This document shows, in pieces, positions 43,872 through 54,207 of a DNA stretch of 64,000 nt (the stretch's first letter is position 1; every line of letters starts with the position of its first letter). This stretch comes from Coraliomargarita sp. (GTDB taxonomy: Bacteria > Verrucomicrobiota > Verrucomicrobiia > Opitutales > Coraliomargaritaceae), in the NCBI GenBank assembly GCA_965216325.1, contig OZ244160.1, positions 2,208,001 through 2,272,000 of the forward strand, in the 5' to 3' direction. The notes under the pieces are model-generated. The model was not told the DNA's origin, ran no database searches, and saw nothing but the letters and a program-made list of their open reading frames with translations. A program made the translations under genes and the position numbers.

Positions 43872-44720
43872 ATGAATCCCGTTGATATCCGTATTCTGTA
43901 TCAAGACGTTGATGGCTGTCTAAATCCCGAAGATGGCGAGCCGTTTGGTGTCGAACTTGACTGGCGGCCATCCGCAACACAGATCGCGATGTTGAACAAA
44001 CTGAGTGCTGCAGTCGATGCGTCTCCACTGCAGCATTGGGTGATTAATACCGGCCGACACTGGGACATGTTTCACTACCTTGCTGAGCATTTGAAGACTC
44101 CCAAATTGCGCTACTTCCTGCTGGAGCATGCCTGTGTCCTCTATGATCGAGAGGCCGGGGCATATGTTGATATTGAGGCGATTTTGAAGGACGCGGGTCT
44201 GGTCAGTTTATCGAAGCGCTATGAGAAACTACATACCATTGAGGCTTTGCTTGATTGGTATGACACTGTTGGGCGGCCTAAGTTGGAGGAGCAGTTTAAG
44301 GTCGAACTGCCGCGACTGAACAAAAAGGCAAATTTGAGTTTTGCGGTTCCTGATGGGGTCGATGGCGATGACTTGTTAAGTGCAACCGAAGCTGAAATCC
44401 GTAGTGATTTCTCGGATACAGAATGTGCCTGCATTGAGTTCTTCCGCTCGGATCGCTTTATTGATATCATTCCCGGTATCCATAAGCTGGACGGGATTGA
44501 GTTGATGAGCGCGTATCTACGCATGCAGAAGGAGCAGTCGCTCGCGATGGGCGATTTTCTAAACGACCTTCCAGTGTTTGAAGCTTTTCCGAATGTGCTC
44601 TGCCCTGCGAATGCGCACCCGCGCATTATCGAGCTGACGAAGTCGAAAGGCGCTGGTGGCATTGCTTCTGAGCGTGCTTTTGGGGGGGCGTTGCTGGAGT
44701 TTCTAAGTGCTCAACCGTAG
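43872..44720 (+). CDS. HAD-superfamily hydrolase (IIB-like)
   Basis: DVDGCL, NTGR, K, GDFLND motifs. Confidence 0.88.
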   Translation: MNPVDIRILYQDVDGCLNPEDGEPFGVELDWRPSATQIAMLNKLSAAVDASPLQHWVINTGRHWDMFHYLAEHLKTPKLRYFLLEHACVLYDREAGAYVDIEAILKDAGLVSLSKRYEKLHTIEALLDWYDTVGRPKLEEQFKVELPRLNKKANLSFAVPDGVDGDDLLSATEAEIRSDFSDTECACIEFFRSDRFIDIIPGIHKLDGIELMSAYLRMQKEQSLAMGDFLNDLPVFEAFPNVLCPANAHPRIIELTKSKGAGGIASERAFGGALLEFLSAQP

Positions 44721-44793
44721 GGGCGTGCCTTGGCGCGCCCGCCAGAATGGTAAGTCGCAGTCAATCTGCGGGCGTCGCAAGCGACGCCCCTAC
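44717..44793. repeat. GTAG REP doublet overlapping the HAD stop codon
   Basis: GTAGGGGCGTGCCTTGGCGCGCCCGC ... GCGGGCGTCGCAAGCGACGCCCCTAC. Confidence 0.8.
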
Positions 44794-44796
44794 AAC

Positions 44797-46071
44797 TTAC
44801 GCCTTAATCTGACCCTCGCCGTGGATGACGTATTTGTAGGTGCAGAGCTCGTTGAGGCCCATTGGGCCGCGAGCATGCAGGCGATCCGTTGAAATGCCGA
44901 TCTCGGCGCCGAGGCCGAACTCAAAGCCATCGGAGAAGCGTGTGGTCGCATTGTGAAAGACGGCTGCTGAATCGACGGCAGTCAAAAACTGCTGCGCGGT
45001 TGCCGCATCTTCGGTGACGATGCTTTCTGTGTGGCCGGAACTGTTGGCGTTGATCAAGTCGATGGCCGCCTTTGCGTCGGGTACGACGGCGATGGAGATG
45101 ATCAGATCGGTGTATTCCGTTGCGAAATCTTCGGCCGTTGCATCGACTAGTGGCAGCCCAGTGCCGGTGAGCAGAGCCTTAGCGTGCTCATCGACGCGCA
45201 ACTCGACGCCCTTGTCGTGCAGTGCTTTGGCTAGGCGTGGCAATTGCTCGGCGGCGTCTTGATGAACGATCAGGTTTTCTGCGGCGTTGCACACGCTTGG
45301 GCGCTGGCACTTGGAATTGATGAGGATCGATTCCGCCATGTCAGGATTGGCCTTGGCGTCAATATACACCGAGCAAACACCGGTGTAGTGTTTGATGACA
45401 GGGATACGGCTGTTCTCGACCGTAAAGCGGATCAAGCTCTCGCCTCCACGGGGAATGATGCAGTGGATGGTGTCGTCTTGCTTGAGCAGAACATTAAGCG
45501 CCCAGCGGTCAGTCGTTGGGATGAACTGCACCGCGTCTTCATGAATGCCGGACTCGCGCAGTGCAGCTTGAATAATCTCGGCGAGCTTCATGTTGGAGTG
45601 GAAGGCTTCCTTGCCGCCACGTAGAATCGAGGCGTTGCCGGACTTTAGACACAGCACGGCGCAGTCCACGGTCACATTTGGGCGGGACTCGTAGATGATG
45701 CCGATCACGCCCATCGGCACACGGATCTTGCGTAGGTCAAAGCCGCGGGGTGGACTCAGGCGCTCGATCTCTTCGCCGACAGGGTCGGGCAGGGCAGCAA
45801 CTTGGCGAACGCCCTCAGCCATGGATTCAATGCGCTCGGGCGTGAAGGTGAGGCGCTCGGTCATTGGGCCGGACAGTTCCATTGCCTTGGCTGCTTCAAG
45901 ATCGAGCGCGTTGGCTTCGAGGATCGCGTCGGTGCCTGCGACCAGTTGATCCGCGAGTAAGTTGAGGAACTGGTTCTTGGTTTCGGTCGACAGGGTTGCG
46001 AGCTCCAGCGATGCGGCACGCGCACGCTGGGCGATATCGACGACGAGTTCTGAGATTTGATCGGTGTTCAC
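44797..46071 (-). CDS. proA: Gamma-glutamyl phosphate reductase
   Basis: [36 protein letters not shown]. Confidence 0.97.
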   Translation of the reverse strand: MNTDQISELVVDIAQRARAASLELATLSTETKNQFLNLLADQLVAGTDAILEANALDLEAAKAMELSGPMTERLTFTPERIESMAEGVRQVAALPDPVGEEIERLSPPRGFDLRKIRVPMGVIGIIYESRPNVTVDCAVLCLKSGNASILRGGKEAFHSNMKLAEIIQAALRESGIHEDAVQFIPTTDRWALNVLLKQDDTIHCIIPRGGESLIRFTVENSRIPVIKHYTGVCSVYIDAKANPDMAESILINSKCQRPSVCNAAENLIVHQDAAEQLPRLAKALHDKGVELRVDEHAKALLTGTGLPLVDATAEDFATEYTDLIISIAVVPDAKAAIDLINANSSGHTESIVTEDAATAQQFLTAVDSAAVFHNATTRFSDGFEFGLGAEIGISTDRLHARGPMGLNELCTYKYVIHGEGQIKA

Positions 46072-46147
46072 TGTAAGTGTTGAGTGAGAGTGAATGTGAG
46101 AGTGGGAACGTGATTTGCAGGCCAGACAGCAGTCTGGCGATCCTAAG

Positions 46148-47128
46148 CTAGAGTTGTTGGAGGATGTCGGACCAGGTTTGTTCTGATATCAGGCTGCCTT
46201 GCACTTGTACGACCGCTGCGCCGAGAATGGAGCCGAGCTTCGCACACTCGGCGAGTGGGCGCTGTTGTGACCAGCCATAGAGAAAGCCCGCTGCCCAGAA
46301 ATCGCCGGCGGCTGTGGTGTCGACGACGTTTTGGGCGAGCACAGGATCGACTTTCTCGACTTTGTTGGCCTGTGCCACGTGGGAGCCACGCGGACCGATT
46401 TTAACGGCGGCGATGTCGCAGAAATCTGCGAGTTGGAGTGCCATGGCTGCGTAATCGTCGCCAAGGCCCGTAAAGGCATCCGCCTCTTCTTCGTTGGCGA
46501 AGACGATGTCGACATAGTCGCGCAGAATTTCGGTGAGGATCGGCTTGGTTGCATTGACGACTTCGAAGGAGGCGAGGTCGAGGCTGATGGTGCAGCCAGC
46601 TTGTTTGGCGGCGTCAAGCACCGCGCGCATGAGTGCCTCATTGAAGAGGAGATAGCCTTCGATGTGCGCGTGGGAACAGCCTGCGAAATCGGCAGCGCTG
46701 ATCTCTTCTGGAGTGAGGGTCATCGCAGCGCCGAGATCGGTGCGCAGGGTGCGTTCGCTATCGGGCGTCACCAGTGAGAGGCAGCGACCATTGGCAATGT
46801 CGCCGATCTTGAAGCGGGAACTGTCGCCGCCGAGCTCAGTGAAGCGGTCACGGTAGTAGCTGCCGTTCTCGCAGTTGCCGGTCTTGCCAATGAAGGCTGT
46901 ATTGGCACCCAGTTTTGCGAGCGCGAAGAGTGTATTTCCAGCGGAGCCTCCGGGCGCCTTGATCGCCTGAGTTGGAATTTGGGCGAGTAGGCCGTCGATG
47001 GTTGTCGTGTCGACGAGGACCATGCCACCCTTGTCGCCGTCGACTTGATCGAGGAAGGCGTCGTCAATTTGTGCGATGGCGTCGACGATTGGGCTGCCGA
47101 CTCCGATGAGTTTGAAATCTGTTGTCAT
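46148..47128 (-). CDS. PfkB-family kinase (adenosine kinase-like)
   Basis: [22 protein letters not shown]. Confidence 0.92.
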   Translation of the reverse strand: MTTDFKLIGVGSPIVDAIAQIDDAFLDQVDGDKGGMVLVDTTTIDGLLAQIPTQAIKAPGGSAGNTLFALAKLGANTAFIGKTGNCENGSYYRDRFTELGGDSSRFKIGDIANGRCLSLVTPDSERTLRTDLGAAMTLTPEEISAADFAGCSHAHIEGYLLFNEALMRAVLDAAKQAGCTISLDLASFEVVNATKPILTEILRDYVDIVFANEEEADAFTGLGDDYAAMALQLADFCDIAAVKIGPRGSHVAQANKVEKVDPVLAQNVVDTTAAGDFWAAGFLYGWSQQRPLAECAKLGSILGAAVVQVQGSLISEQTWSDILQQL

Positions 47129-47214
47129 TCGAAAAGTTGATTGGATGCAGGAGGAGCAAATACAAAAAAACCGCCAATCCAAGAGGAAAGGCGGCTTTGA
47201 GAAAGCTTTGCAGC

Positions 47215-47607
47215 TTACAGTGCGTCGCGAATCGCCGCGTAGATTTGCTGGGACTCTGCGAGGCTGCCGAGCTTGCCGACACGGATACGGATTTCGGTTT
47301 GGCCCTCTGCGAGCTGCTTGAGGCGAATGGTTACCTTCTCGTCGCCAACTTTACGGGCGTAAATCGTGATGGAAGATTCCTTGTGGAGCTCGCCGGTTCG
47401 ATAGTAACCGAGGTCGTCGATCTCTTTAATCGCAGTGCGGAATACGTTCGATGCTTGGCCGTCAACTGGGCCGCGGAAGTAACCTGCTTGATAGGTCGCG
47501 GTTTGTTCGAGTCCGGATTGCGGGTCGATTGCGACAGATGTTTGGCAGCCGGTGAAAACCACCGTGAGGAGCGCGAAGAATGTGACGATTGTTGCTTTTA
47601 CTTTCAT
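47215..47607 (-). CDS. Lipoprotein (DUF3568-like)
   Basis: Lipobox FTGC; T.IRIRVG..G...S..IY motif. Confidence 0.8.
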   Translation of the reverse strand: MKVKATIVTFFALLTVVFTGCQTSVAIDPQSGLEQTATYQAGYFRGPVDGQASNVFRTAIKEIDDLGYYRTGELHKESSITIYARKVGDEKVTIRLKQLAEGQTEIRIRVGKLGSLAESQQIYAAIRDAL

Positions 47608-47646
47608 AGTTAGTGGCATTTAGAAACGATTTCTCACAAAGTGCAA

Positions 47647-48606
47647 TCAGAAGCTTTTATGATAAGTCACTTCGTTGCGGTCTTTGAACACCAGTTTGCC
47701 CTCTTGAGTTCCAAGGAAGATCAGACCTGTGCTTGAGTCGACTACATCCCCGATTCGGAAGCTGTCATTGTTGAGCATGACGCGCGCGTTGGCACCTGTG
47801 CGGACCATGCCAATCTGGGCGGATGACAGGAAGCCTGACACACTTGTGCGCAAGTCTCCTGTTGGTGCGGTCGGTTCCGGAGGAGTGCTCACTTTACTTT
47901 CAGTGATTGCGTTCTCGGGAGCATCATCAGCATCGGGAGCATGGGGAGTTGCCGGTTCAGCTGACTCGCCGGTGATCGCTTCGATGTCCGCAACGGGAAC
48001 CTTGTCGATATTGGCCTTGGCGTGCTCAATTGGATTCTTCGGTTGTTCAGGCGTCTCAGTTGCTGTCTGTTGGCTCGTTTCTGGGGCCGCTTCGGCTTGC
48101 ATAAACATTTCCCAGACCGCATAGCCGCCTCCGCCGAGAATCAGCATCAGGACGATGATCAATGCGATACTGGTGCCTACACTGCTACGTGCTTTAGTGG
48201 CTTCCGGTGCTGGCGCGGATGTGGCCTTGAGGCTCTCTTGCAAGTGTTGTTCGACGCCTGCTGGAGGGCGTTCGTCGAGTCGATTCTGTAGTCCGGGCGC
48301 GAGTTCTTGAGTAGGCTTCGTGCTGGGCGCTTTCGGGGCTGGTGGATTTTTGGGGAGTGGCGGCGTGGCTTTGGGGGCCGCTTCCTCGGGCTCAGGGACC
48401 GGAGTTGGAGACGAAATTTCGTTGGCCTTGATACTGTTCTCCTCGATCGGCTTCTTGGGAACTAGTTTGGGCAGTGGCTCGGGTGTGCTTGGCTCGGTTT
48501 TAAGGGGAGGAGTCAACTGAGCTTTGGGTTCATCTGAAGATTCCTTGGTTTGGCTCGGGCGCTGAAGTTTGAGCTTTGGCGGCTTATTGGCAGGGTCGTC
48601 ACTCAT
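47647..48606 (-). CDS. Pro-rich membrane protein with a GspB-like C-terminal domain (paralog of 17211-17879)
   Basis: C-terminal IGMVR.G...RVMLN...IGD.V...GL...VF.D.N...Y.K aligns by eye with the 17211 protein. Confidence 0.75.
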   Translation of the reverse strand: MSDDPANKPPKLKLQRPSQTKESSDEPKAQLTPPLKTEPSTPEPLPKLVPKKPIEENSIKANEISSPTPVPEPEEAAPKATPPLPKNPPAPKAPSTKPTQELAPGLQNRLDERPPAGVEQHLQESLKATSAPAPEATKARSSVGTSIALIIVLMLILGGGGYAVWEMFMQAEAAPETSQQTATETPEQPKNPIEHAKANIDKVPVADIEAITGESAEPATPHAPDADDAPENAITESKVSTPPEPTAPTGDLRTSVSGFLSSAQIGMVRTGANARVMLNNDSFRIGDVVDSSTGLIFLGTQEGKLVFKDRNEVTYHKSF

Positions 48607-48715
48607 AGATAATTGTGGCGAACCCTAAGCGTTGCTTAACTGCAGGCAAACTGAAATCCCCTAGTGTAGGCTGATTTAATAGCCTCTTTACAGGTTTATG
48701 GGCCAAATTGGGGCA

Positions 48716-48805
48716 CAATAAAGCCCGCCTCCCTATTGGAAGACGGGCTACTGCTAACCTTATTAACCCTAACTAACATACAGTGAATACTCACTGAACA
48801 TTGAA
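48716..48805 (-). ncRNA. Candidate sRNA, GUUAG family copy 3
   Basis: Minus strand reads GTTAGTTAGGGTTAATAAGGTTAGCAGTAGCCCGTCTTCC-AATA-GGGAGGCGGGCTTT; own 5' hairpin CAGTGA/TCACTG; GGAAC at 48833-48829. Confidence 0.6.
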
Positions 48806-48900
48806 TAAGAGTATATAAATCGGGCTTTGTTCCTGAGGATTACAGAAAAAATCACTTTTTTTGAAGCGACAGCTACAATTAGCACTGTTTGCATGCTATC

Positions 48901-49494
48901 ATGTTTACCGGAATCGTTGAAGAAACAGGAACAGTCGTCTCTTTTGTCGAGCAGGACAGTGCTTGGCGCTTGGTGTTGGGGGCGCATGTGGTCACGCAAG
49001 GGCTTCAACTGGGCGACAGTGTCGCAGTGAATGGCTGCTGCTTGACTGCGGTCGAATTTTCCGAGGATCGGATTGAGTTCGACCTTCTGGCTGAGAGTGT
49101 TCGTTTGACCTCGATTCAGGGAGTTGGCCCCGGTGGGAAGGTGAACTTGGAGCGCGCTTTGCTTCCGACTACGCGGATGGGCGGACATTTTGTTTCCGGC
49201 CATGTGGACGGCACTGGAGTGATTGAAGCGATTGAGCCGCGTGGGAAGGATTTTTACCTGCGGATCAAACCCGACCCCGGGATGCTCCGCTATATTGTCA
49301 GCAAGGGCTGCATCGCGATCGATGGTATTTCCCTGACCGTTGCTGAGGTGGATGACGCCGGCTTTGCGATTTGGCTGATCCCGCACACGATGGAGGTTAC
49401 CAATCTGCACACCAAGCGGGCTGGAGATCTCGTCAATTTGGAATACGATCTAGTCGCTAAATACGTGGAGAAGCTATTTGCTCCGGGCGCTTAG
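48901..49494 (+). CDS. ribE: Riboflavin synthase
   Basis: [36 protein letters not shown]. Confidence 0.96.
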   Translation: MFTGIVEETGTVVSFVEQDSAWRLVLGAHVVTQGLQLGDSVAVNGCCLTAVEFSEDRIEFDLLAESVRLTSIQGVGPGGKVNLERALLPTTRMGGHFVSGHVDGTGVIEAIEPRGKDFYLRIKPDPGMLRYIVSKGCIAIDGISLTVAEVDDAGFAIWLIPHTMEVTNLHTKRAGDLVNLEYDLVAKYVEKLFAPGA

Positions 49495-49544
49495 TGACAA
49501 TGATCGCCCTGGAGTGAGGGCGTGTTTTATATGAGGGAGCTCTT

Positions 49545-50255
49545 TTACTGGGACTTCCACTGTTCGGAGCGCGTGATTGCTGCTGGCATCGCCACCTCGT
49601 TCAGGATGCGTCCGTTCTTGTAAACACGAACCCAGCAGCCTGCCAGTTCGTCTTTAGACTGCCTGCTGCCCCCGTTGGTGTAATACCAGCCCTCCTTGAG
49701 TTTACTGGAGGTCATTTGGAATTTCTCCGTTACGTGCTTAAGGGGTTCGTCCACCGCCAAGGTCTTAATGCTAAACTTGTTGGTGTTACGCTTTAACTTG
49801 CCCTGCTCCTTTTCAATCGCGGCGACTGCCTCGTCGAACATGAAAATTATATACTCGACTTCGATATCGCCGACCTCGCCGCGAGTCTCATTGGTAATCG
49901 ATATTTCGTAGCCTTCCATCCATGTCTTGCTGTCTGTGGAAAGGCTACTGCTCTTGCTTCGGTCGCCTGTAACCCGGCGAATCTTGACCTCCAGGGCATC
50001 GCGCTGCGAGAGGCGGTTCATCTCATCCCAGTCTTTGATGAATTGCTGATCCTTGTCGGAGAATGTGCTTAGATTGACTGTAAATTGTCGCCCGTCTGCT
50101 TTACGTTTGATCGTGATTTCATTAGCGCTTACACGTTGGATCGCTGCAACTATCTCGCGACCGTCCATGCTTTTAAATGTGCGGTATTCAGAGCTGCCCC
50201 ATACTGAAAGAGTTAGCCAGAGCCAGCTAAGTATCAATGCGTAAGTGTTTTTCAT
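49545..50255 (-). CDS. Secreted protein with an SHD1-like N-terminal domain
   Basis: Signal peptide; RTF.S.DGR.I.A...FS..DQ.FI motif. Confidence 0.75.
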   Translation of the reverse strand: MKNTYALILSWLWLTLSVWGSSEYRTFKSMDGREIVAAIQRVSANEITIKRKADGRQFTVNLSTFSDKDQQFIKDWDEMNRLSQRDALEVKIRRVTGDRSKSSSLSTDSKTWMEGYEISITNETRGEVGDIEVEYIIFMFDEAVAAIEKEQGKLKRNTNKFSIKTLAVDEPLKHVTEKFQMTSSKLKEGWYYTNGGSRQSKDELAGCWVRVYKNGRILNEVAMPAAITRSEQWKSQ

Positions 50256-50358
50256 GGAACGCATGGGTAATTACGTAGGACGAAATAGGCAATAGGGAAC
50301 AAGGATGACACGTAAGTGTTATCCTGAAGTCTCGACCTGGTGGCTTGCGTGGGCTTGG

Positions 50359-50754
50359 CTAGCGGACCCTTGCAAACCGTGCCAGTGTTTCGCCGTTACG
50401 CTTGATGACAAGTCTGCCACCCATGCTACGCGAGATGTCGCTGTTCTGGAACGCTGAGATGAGCCTAGCCTCCAATTGCTGCACGTCGGTATTCGATGGG
50501 CGTTTTGAATAGACTAGGTTCCCGATGCGTTGGCCGCGGATTTGAGCGGTCCATTGATTGACGAAGGCCTTGCCATAGATGGTGTTCTCACGGATTTGCA
50601 TCGTTGCAAAGGAATCTTCGTCGCTGAGTGAGACGTCGTTCAACTGTACCAACTTGTAATTGCCGTCGAACTTACCCCCAGATTTGTCTGAGGACGCACA
50701 GCCGACAAACAGGCTGACTAGAAGGGCGATAAAAATAGCGTAGGCTCGATTCAT
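50359..50754 (-). CDS. META/HslJ-like lipoprotein
   Basis: Lipobox FVGC; Y.LVQLN...G.A.VN pattern. Confidence 0.7.
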   Translation of the reverse strand: MNRAYAIFIALLVSLFVGCASSDKSGGKFDGNYKLVQLNDVSLSDEDSFATMQIRENTIYGKAFVNQWTAQIRGQRIGNLVYSKRPSNTDVQQLEARLISAFQNSDISRSMGGRLVIKRNGETLARFARVR

Positions 50755-50794
50755 ATGCACCCTCGTAAAGACTGCCTTGCAGTTGCGCAACACT

Positions 50795-51853
50795 CTAACT
50801 GAAGAGTTGCCTGCGGAACCAGAAGGCGACGTTGACCAAGGCGATCATGACTGGAACTTCGACAAGAGGGCCGATGACTGCAGCGAATGCGGCTCCGCTG
50901 CTGATGCCGAACACGGCCACCGCGACGGCGATCGCGAGTTCGAAATTGTTGCTCGCGGCGGTGAAGCTCAAGGTGACGCTTTGTTTATAGTCGGCGCCCA
51001 CCCATTTGCCCATTAGGAAGCTGACGAAGAACATGATCAGGAAGTAGATCGTTAGTGGCACGGCGATACGTAGCACGTCGATCGGTAGTTCGAGGATCTT
51101 CTCTCCCTTGAAGCTGAACATCAGCACGATGGTGAAGAGCAGAGCAATAAGCGTCAGTGGGCTGATCTTTGGAATGAACTTGGACTCATACCAGTCGCGC
51201 CCCTTGAGCTTCACGCCAATATAGCGGGTCAGCATACCACCGAAGAAGGGGATGCCGAGGTAGATGAGGACGCTCATTGCGACTTCACCCATGGTGATGG
51301 CGACCACACTACCTTCGAGGCCAAACACCTCGGGGAGAAATGTCATGAACACCCAGGCGTAGACACTGAAGAAGATGATCTGGAACATGCTGTTGAAGGC
51401 GACGAGTCCTGCTGCATATTCGTTGTCGCCCTCGGCGAGCTCGTTCCAAACGATGACCATCGCGATGCAGCGGGCGAGGCCGATCAGAATCACACCGGTC
51501 ATGTATTCCGGGTAATCGCGTAGGAAGATGATCGCGAGCAGGAACATCAGCACCGGTCCAATAAGCCAGTTCTGAACCAGCGACAGTGTCAGCACTTTTA
51601 CGTTGCGGAAGACGCGGTGCATCTCCTCGTAGCGCACTTTGGCGAGTGGCGGATACATCATCACGATCAGACCAATCGCGATGGGAATATTGGTGGTGCC
51701 GATCTGAAATTTGTTGAGAAATGCTTCGGCCCCTTCGAAGAGGGCGCCGATTGCAACACCAGCCGCCATGGCGAGGAAGATCCAGAGGGTCAGAAAGCGG
51801 TCAAGAAAGCCCAGCTTCTTGCCGCAGGGGGTGCAGTTTGGGTCGTTGTTCAT
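50795..51853 (-). CDS. acr3: Arsenite efflux transporter, ACR3 family
   Basis: [43 protein letters not shown]. Confidence 0.96.
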   Translation of the reverse strand: MNNDPNCTPCGKKLGFLDRFLTLWIFLAMAAGVAIGALFEGAEAFLNKFQIGTTNIPIAIGLIVMMYPPLAKVRYEEMHRVFRNVKVLTLSLVQNWLIGPVLMFLLAIIFLRDYPEYMTGVILIGLARCIAMVIVWNELAEGDNEYAAGLVAFNSMFQIIFFSVYAWVFMTFLPEVFGLEGSVVAITMGEVAMSVLIYLGIPFFGGMLTRYIGVKLKGRDWYESKFIPKISPLTLIALLFTIVLMFSFKGEKILELPIDVLRIAVPLTIYFLIMFFVSFLMGKWVGADYKQSVTLSFTAASNNFELAIAVAVAVFGISSGAAFAAVIGPLVEVPVMIALVNVAFWFRRQLFS

Positions 51854-51943
51854 GATCCTCTGAATCTTCGTCGTAATCCTAATCTTACTCTGCGTATGCT
51901 GCGTTTGGGGTTTGGATTAAGACTATAATTACGATTAAGTTTT

Positions 51944-52381
51944 TTATGCGCTGACCGCTTCGCGGTAACCCGCTGCGTAGGCTTCGAAGACGAGTTTGAT
52001 CTCGTCGCGAATGCGGCGGAAGGCGTCGAGCTCGCTTTCGCCCTCGCGTTGTGCGTGTGGGGGGTCTTCGAAGCCCCAGTGGTAGCGGTTGACCATGCCG
52101 GGGAAGGTCGGGCAGGCTTGGTCAGCATTGCCGCACACCGTGATCACGGTGGTGATGCCTTCGTTGAGATAGAGATCGAGGTGATCGGATGTGTGCTCGC
52201 TGGCATCGTAACCGATTTCTTTCAGTGCCTCGATGGCGAGTGGGTGTACGGCGCCCTTAGGCTTGGAGCCAGCGCTGTAGACGTCGAAGAGATCGCCCGC
52301 AGCAGCGCGCAAGATGCCTTCAGCCATGTGGCTGCGGCAGGAGTTACCTGTACAGAGAATGAGAACTTTTGGTTTGGACAT
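51944..52381 (-). CDS. arsC: Arsenate reductase (thioredoxin-coupled, LMW-PTP fold)
   Basis: [16 protein letters not shown]...ACP, HW.F.DP. Confidence 0.95.
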   Translation of the reverse strand: MSKPKVLILCTGNSCRSHMAEGILRAAAGDLFDVYSAGSKPKGAVHPLAIEALKEIGYDASEHTSDHLDLYLNEGITTVITVCGNADQACPTFPGMVNRYHWGFEDPPHAQREGESELDAFRRIRDEIKLVFEAYAAGYREAVSA

Positions 52382-52412
52382 GATTGTTTATTAGTTGGGA
52401 AGTGGTTTTGAA

Positions 52413-53405
52413 TTAGAGATAATTGGCCAATGCGTTGAGCAAGTAGCCGGTGAAAATAATCGCGAGGGTGGTGATGCCGAAGTAGATGCCAATTAGCTGC
52501 AGCTTCATGGTGCGGCGTAGCATGATCGCTTCAGGCAGACTCAAGGCAGCCATGGCCATCATGAAGGCGAGGGCAGTGCCGAGTGGAATACCCTTGTTGA
52601 AGAGCACGACGGCAATCGGCACGATCGCAGCGCAGCTGCCATACATGGGCACGCCGAGCACGGTAGCAATGGGCACCGAGAAGATGCCGGTGGCAGCCAT
52701 CAGCGAGTGGATGGTGTCCTGCGGAACATAGTTGTGGATGAAGGCGCCGATGCCCACACCAACCACGACCCATAGCCAGATCTGCTTGATGACACTGACA
52801 GCTTCGTCGACGCCGTAGCGCAAGCGAGTCGCTAAAGTGTGCTGGATCTCATCATCGCCCTCGTGCACGCCATCGGTAATGTCTTTCTCAAGATACTTGC
52901 GTAGGCCCATCTTGCCGAGGATCGCACCAGCCGCGGTGCCGATCAGTAGACCGCTGCAGACATAAGCAACCGTCACCGGCACGCCGAATTCACCTGCCAT
53001 GAGAATCACCAAATATTCATTGATGATCGGCGAAGTGATGAGGAAGGAGAAGGTCACACCCAGCGGGACGCCCGCTTTGAGCAGACTGATGAAGATCGGA
53101 ATCGACGAGCAGGAGCAGAACGGCGTGATCGCACCGAAGAGTGCGGCCACGAAATTGCCCATCATGCCGCCTTTGCTCATCCAGGCTTTCAGGCGCTGTT
53201 GCGGCAGCCAGGTGCGGATGAAGCCGATCACGAAGATCATCACCGCAAGCAGCAGGAAGATCTTGACGGTGTCGTAGAGGAAGAAGTGCAGGGCACCGCC
53301 CAGCTTCGTACTCAGGTCCATGCCCACGCCATCGAGCAGCTTGGTGACGAGCTCCGCGAGGAAATCTCCCTCGTGCTCGCTATGTGGTTCAGTTTCTAGC
53401 AGCAT
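52413..53405 (-). CDS. arsP: ArsP/DUF318 permease
   Basis: [21 protein letters not shown]. Confidence 0.9.
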   Translation of the reverse strand: MLLETEPHSEHEGDFLAELVTKLLDGVGMDLSTKLGGALHFFLYDTVKIFLLLAVMIFVIGFIRTWLPQQRLKAWMSKGGMMGNFVAALFGAITPFCSCSSIPIFISLLKAGVPLGVTFSFLITSPIINEYLVILMAGEFGVPVTVAYVCSGLLIGTAAGAILGKMGLRKYLEKDITDGVHEGDDEIQHTLATRLRYGVDEAVSVIKQIWLWVVVGVGIGAFIHNYVPQDTIHSLMAATGIFSVPIATVLGVPMYGSCAAIVPIAVVLFNKGIPLGTALAFMMAMAALSLPEAIMLRRTMKLQLIGIYFGITTLAIIFTGYLLNALANYL

Positions 53406-53578
53406 TTTCCGCCCTTACCGTCGCTACCATTGCAGCAACTGTTTTGGGCCTTTTCATCGGCTTTTGCTTTCATGCTGTTGTCCAACTTTGTGAACATGCG
53501 GGCGAAGAAACCGCCCTTGGCCTCTGGTTGCGCATCTGCTGGTTTCAGATCTTTAATTTCTTTGTTTTGATCGCTCAT
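53396..53578 (-). CDS. Small protein with two vicinal Cys pairs (SCC...KCC)
   Basis: 60 aa inside the ars operon; stop overlaps the arsP start. Confidence 0.7.
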   Translation of the reverse strand: MSDQNKEIKDLKPADAQPEAKGGFFARMFTKLDNSMKAKADEKAQNSCCNGSDGKGGKCC

Positions 53579-53623
53579 AATTTGAATGATTGCTCATTGT
53601 GTGACGAAAATCTTGTTCTTGAT

Positions 53624-53695
53624 ATGGAGGGCAACGCTCCGTCGTTGCCATGCCAGTGATCTTAGATGTGGCAATGGCGGAGCATTGCCCTCCAC
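53624..53695. repeat. GTGG-type REP doublet
   Basis: TGGAGGGCAACGCTCCGTCGTTGCCA ... TGGCAATGGCGGAGCATTGCCCTCCAC. Confidence 0.8.
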
Positions 53696-53704
53696 GCGGT
53701 CCGC

Positions 53705-54088
53705 CTAGCAGCAGCCGATGCTTTCGCAGACCGGCTCTGGGCAGTCGAAAGGATTCTTGGTGAGTTGTTGGACGAGTGCTTTGCGCGCCTTGAGGTCTTG
53801 CTGCAGCTGGTTGCAGTCGGCGCAGTCAGCTTGGCGTAGATAGTCGATATTGGACTGAAGTAAGCCGTTCAGCGGCGTGTTCAGGTGGTAAATCATCCAG
53901 GTTCCTTCACGCTTTGAGTCCACGAGGCCAAGTTGTTTCATGCCGGCGAGTTGCTTGGATATCTTAACTTGCTTGGCATCAAGCAGATCCTGCAAATGGC
54001 AGACGCATAAGGGCCCAACTTCCAGTAGGTTGAGGATGCGTAAGCGCTGGGTGTCAGCGATGCACTTGAAGATGTCGGATGCTTCCAT
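53705..54088 (-). CDS. arsR: ArsR/SmtB family repressor
   Basis: [19 protein letters not shown]...REG.W..Y; heads the ars operon. Confidence 0.93.
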   Translation of the reverse strand: MEASDIFKCIADTQRLRILNLLEVGPLCVCHLQDLLDAKQVKISKQLAGMKQLGLVDSKREGTWMIYHLNTPLNGLLQSNIDYLRQADCADCNQLQQDLKARKALVQQLTKNPFDCPEPVCESIGCC

Positions 54089-54095
54089 TGGGTGT

Positions 54096-54119
54096 GTATA
54101 TTCTATTTATAGTATATAC
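54096..54119. promoter_or_regulatory. Candidate ArsR operator
   Basis: GTATATTCTAT-TT-ATAGTATATAC (10 of 11 pairs) between a minus-strand TTGACA and the arsR start. Confidence 0.6.
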
Positions 54120-54207
54120 TGTCAATGGTATATTTGGCCCTGCAGCTACATGAATCCTTGGTTCTGTATAGTTGTAATTGTGCAAAGGATTCTTTCGCTT
54201 GTCGCTT

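Noticed and set aside
48607..48900. FMN riboswitch upstream of ribE
   Set aside because: No RFN consensus; the structured element is on the opposite strand
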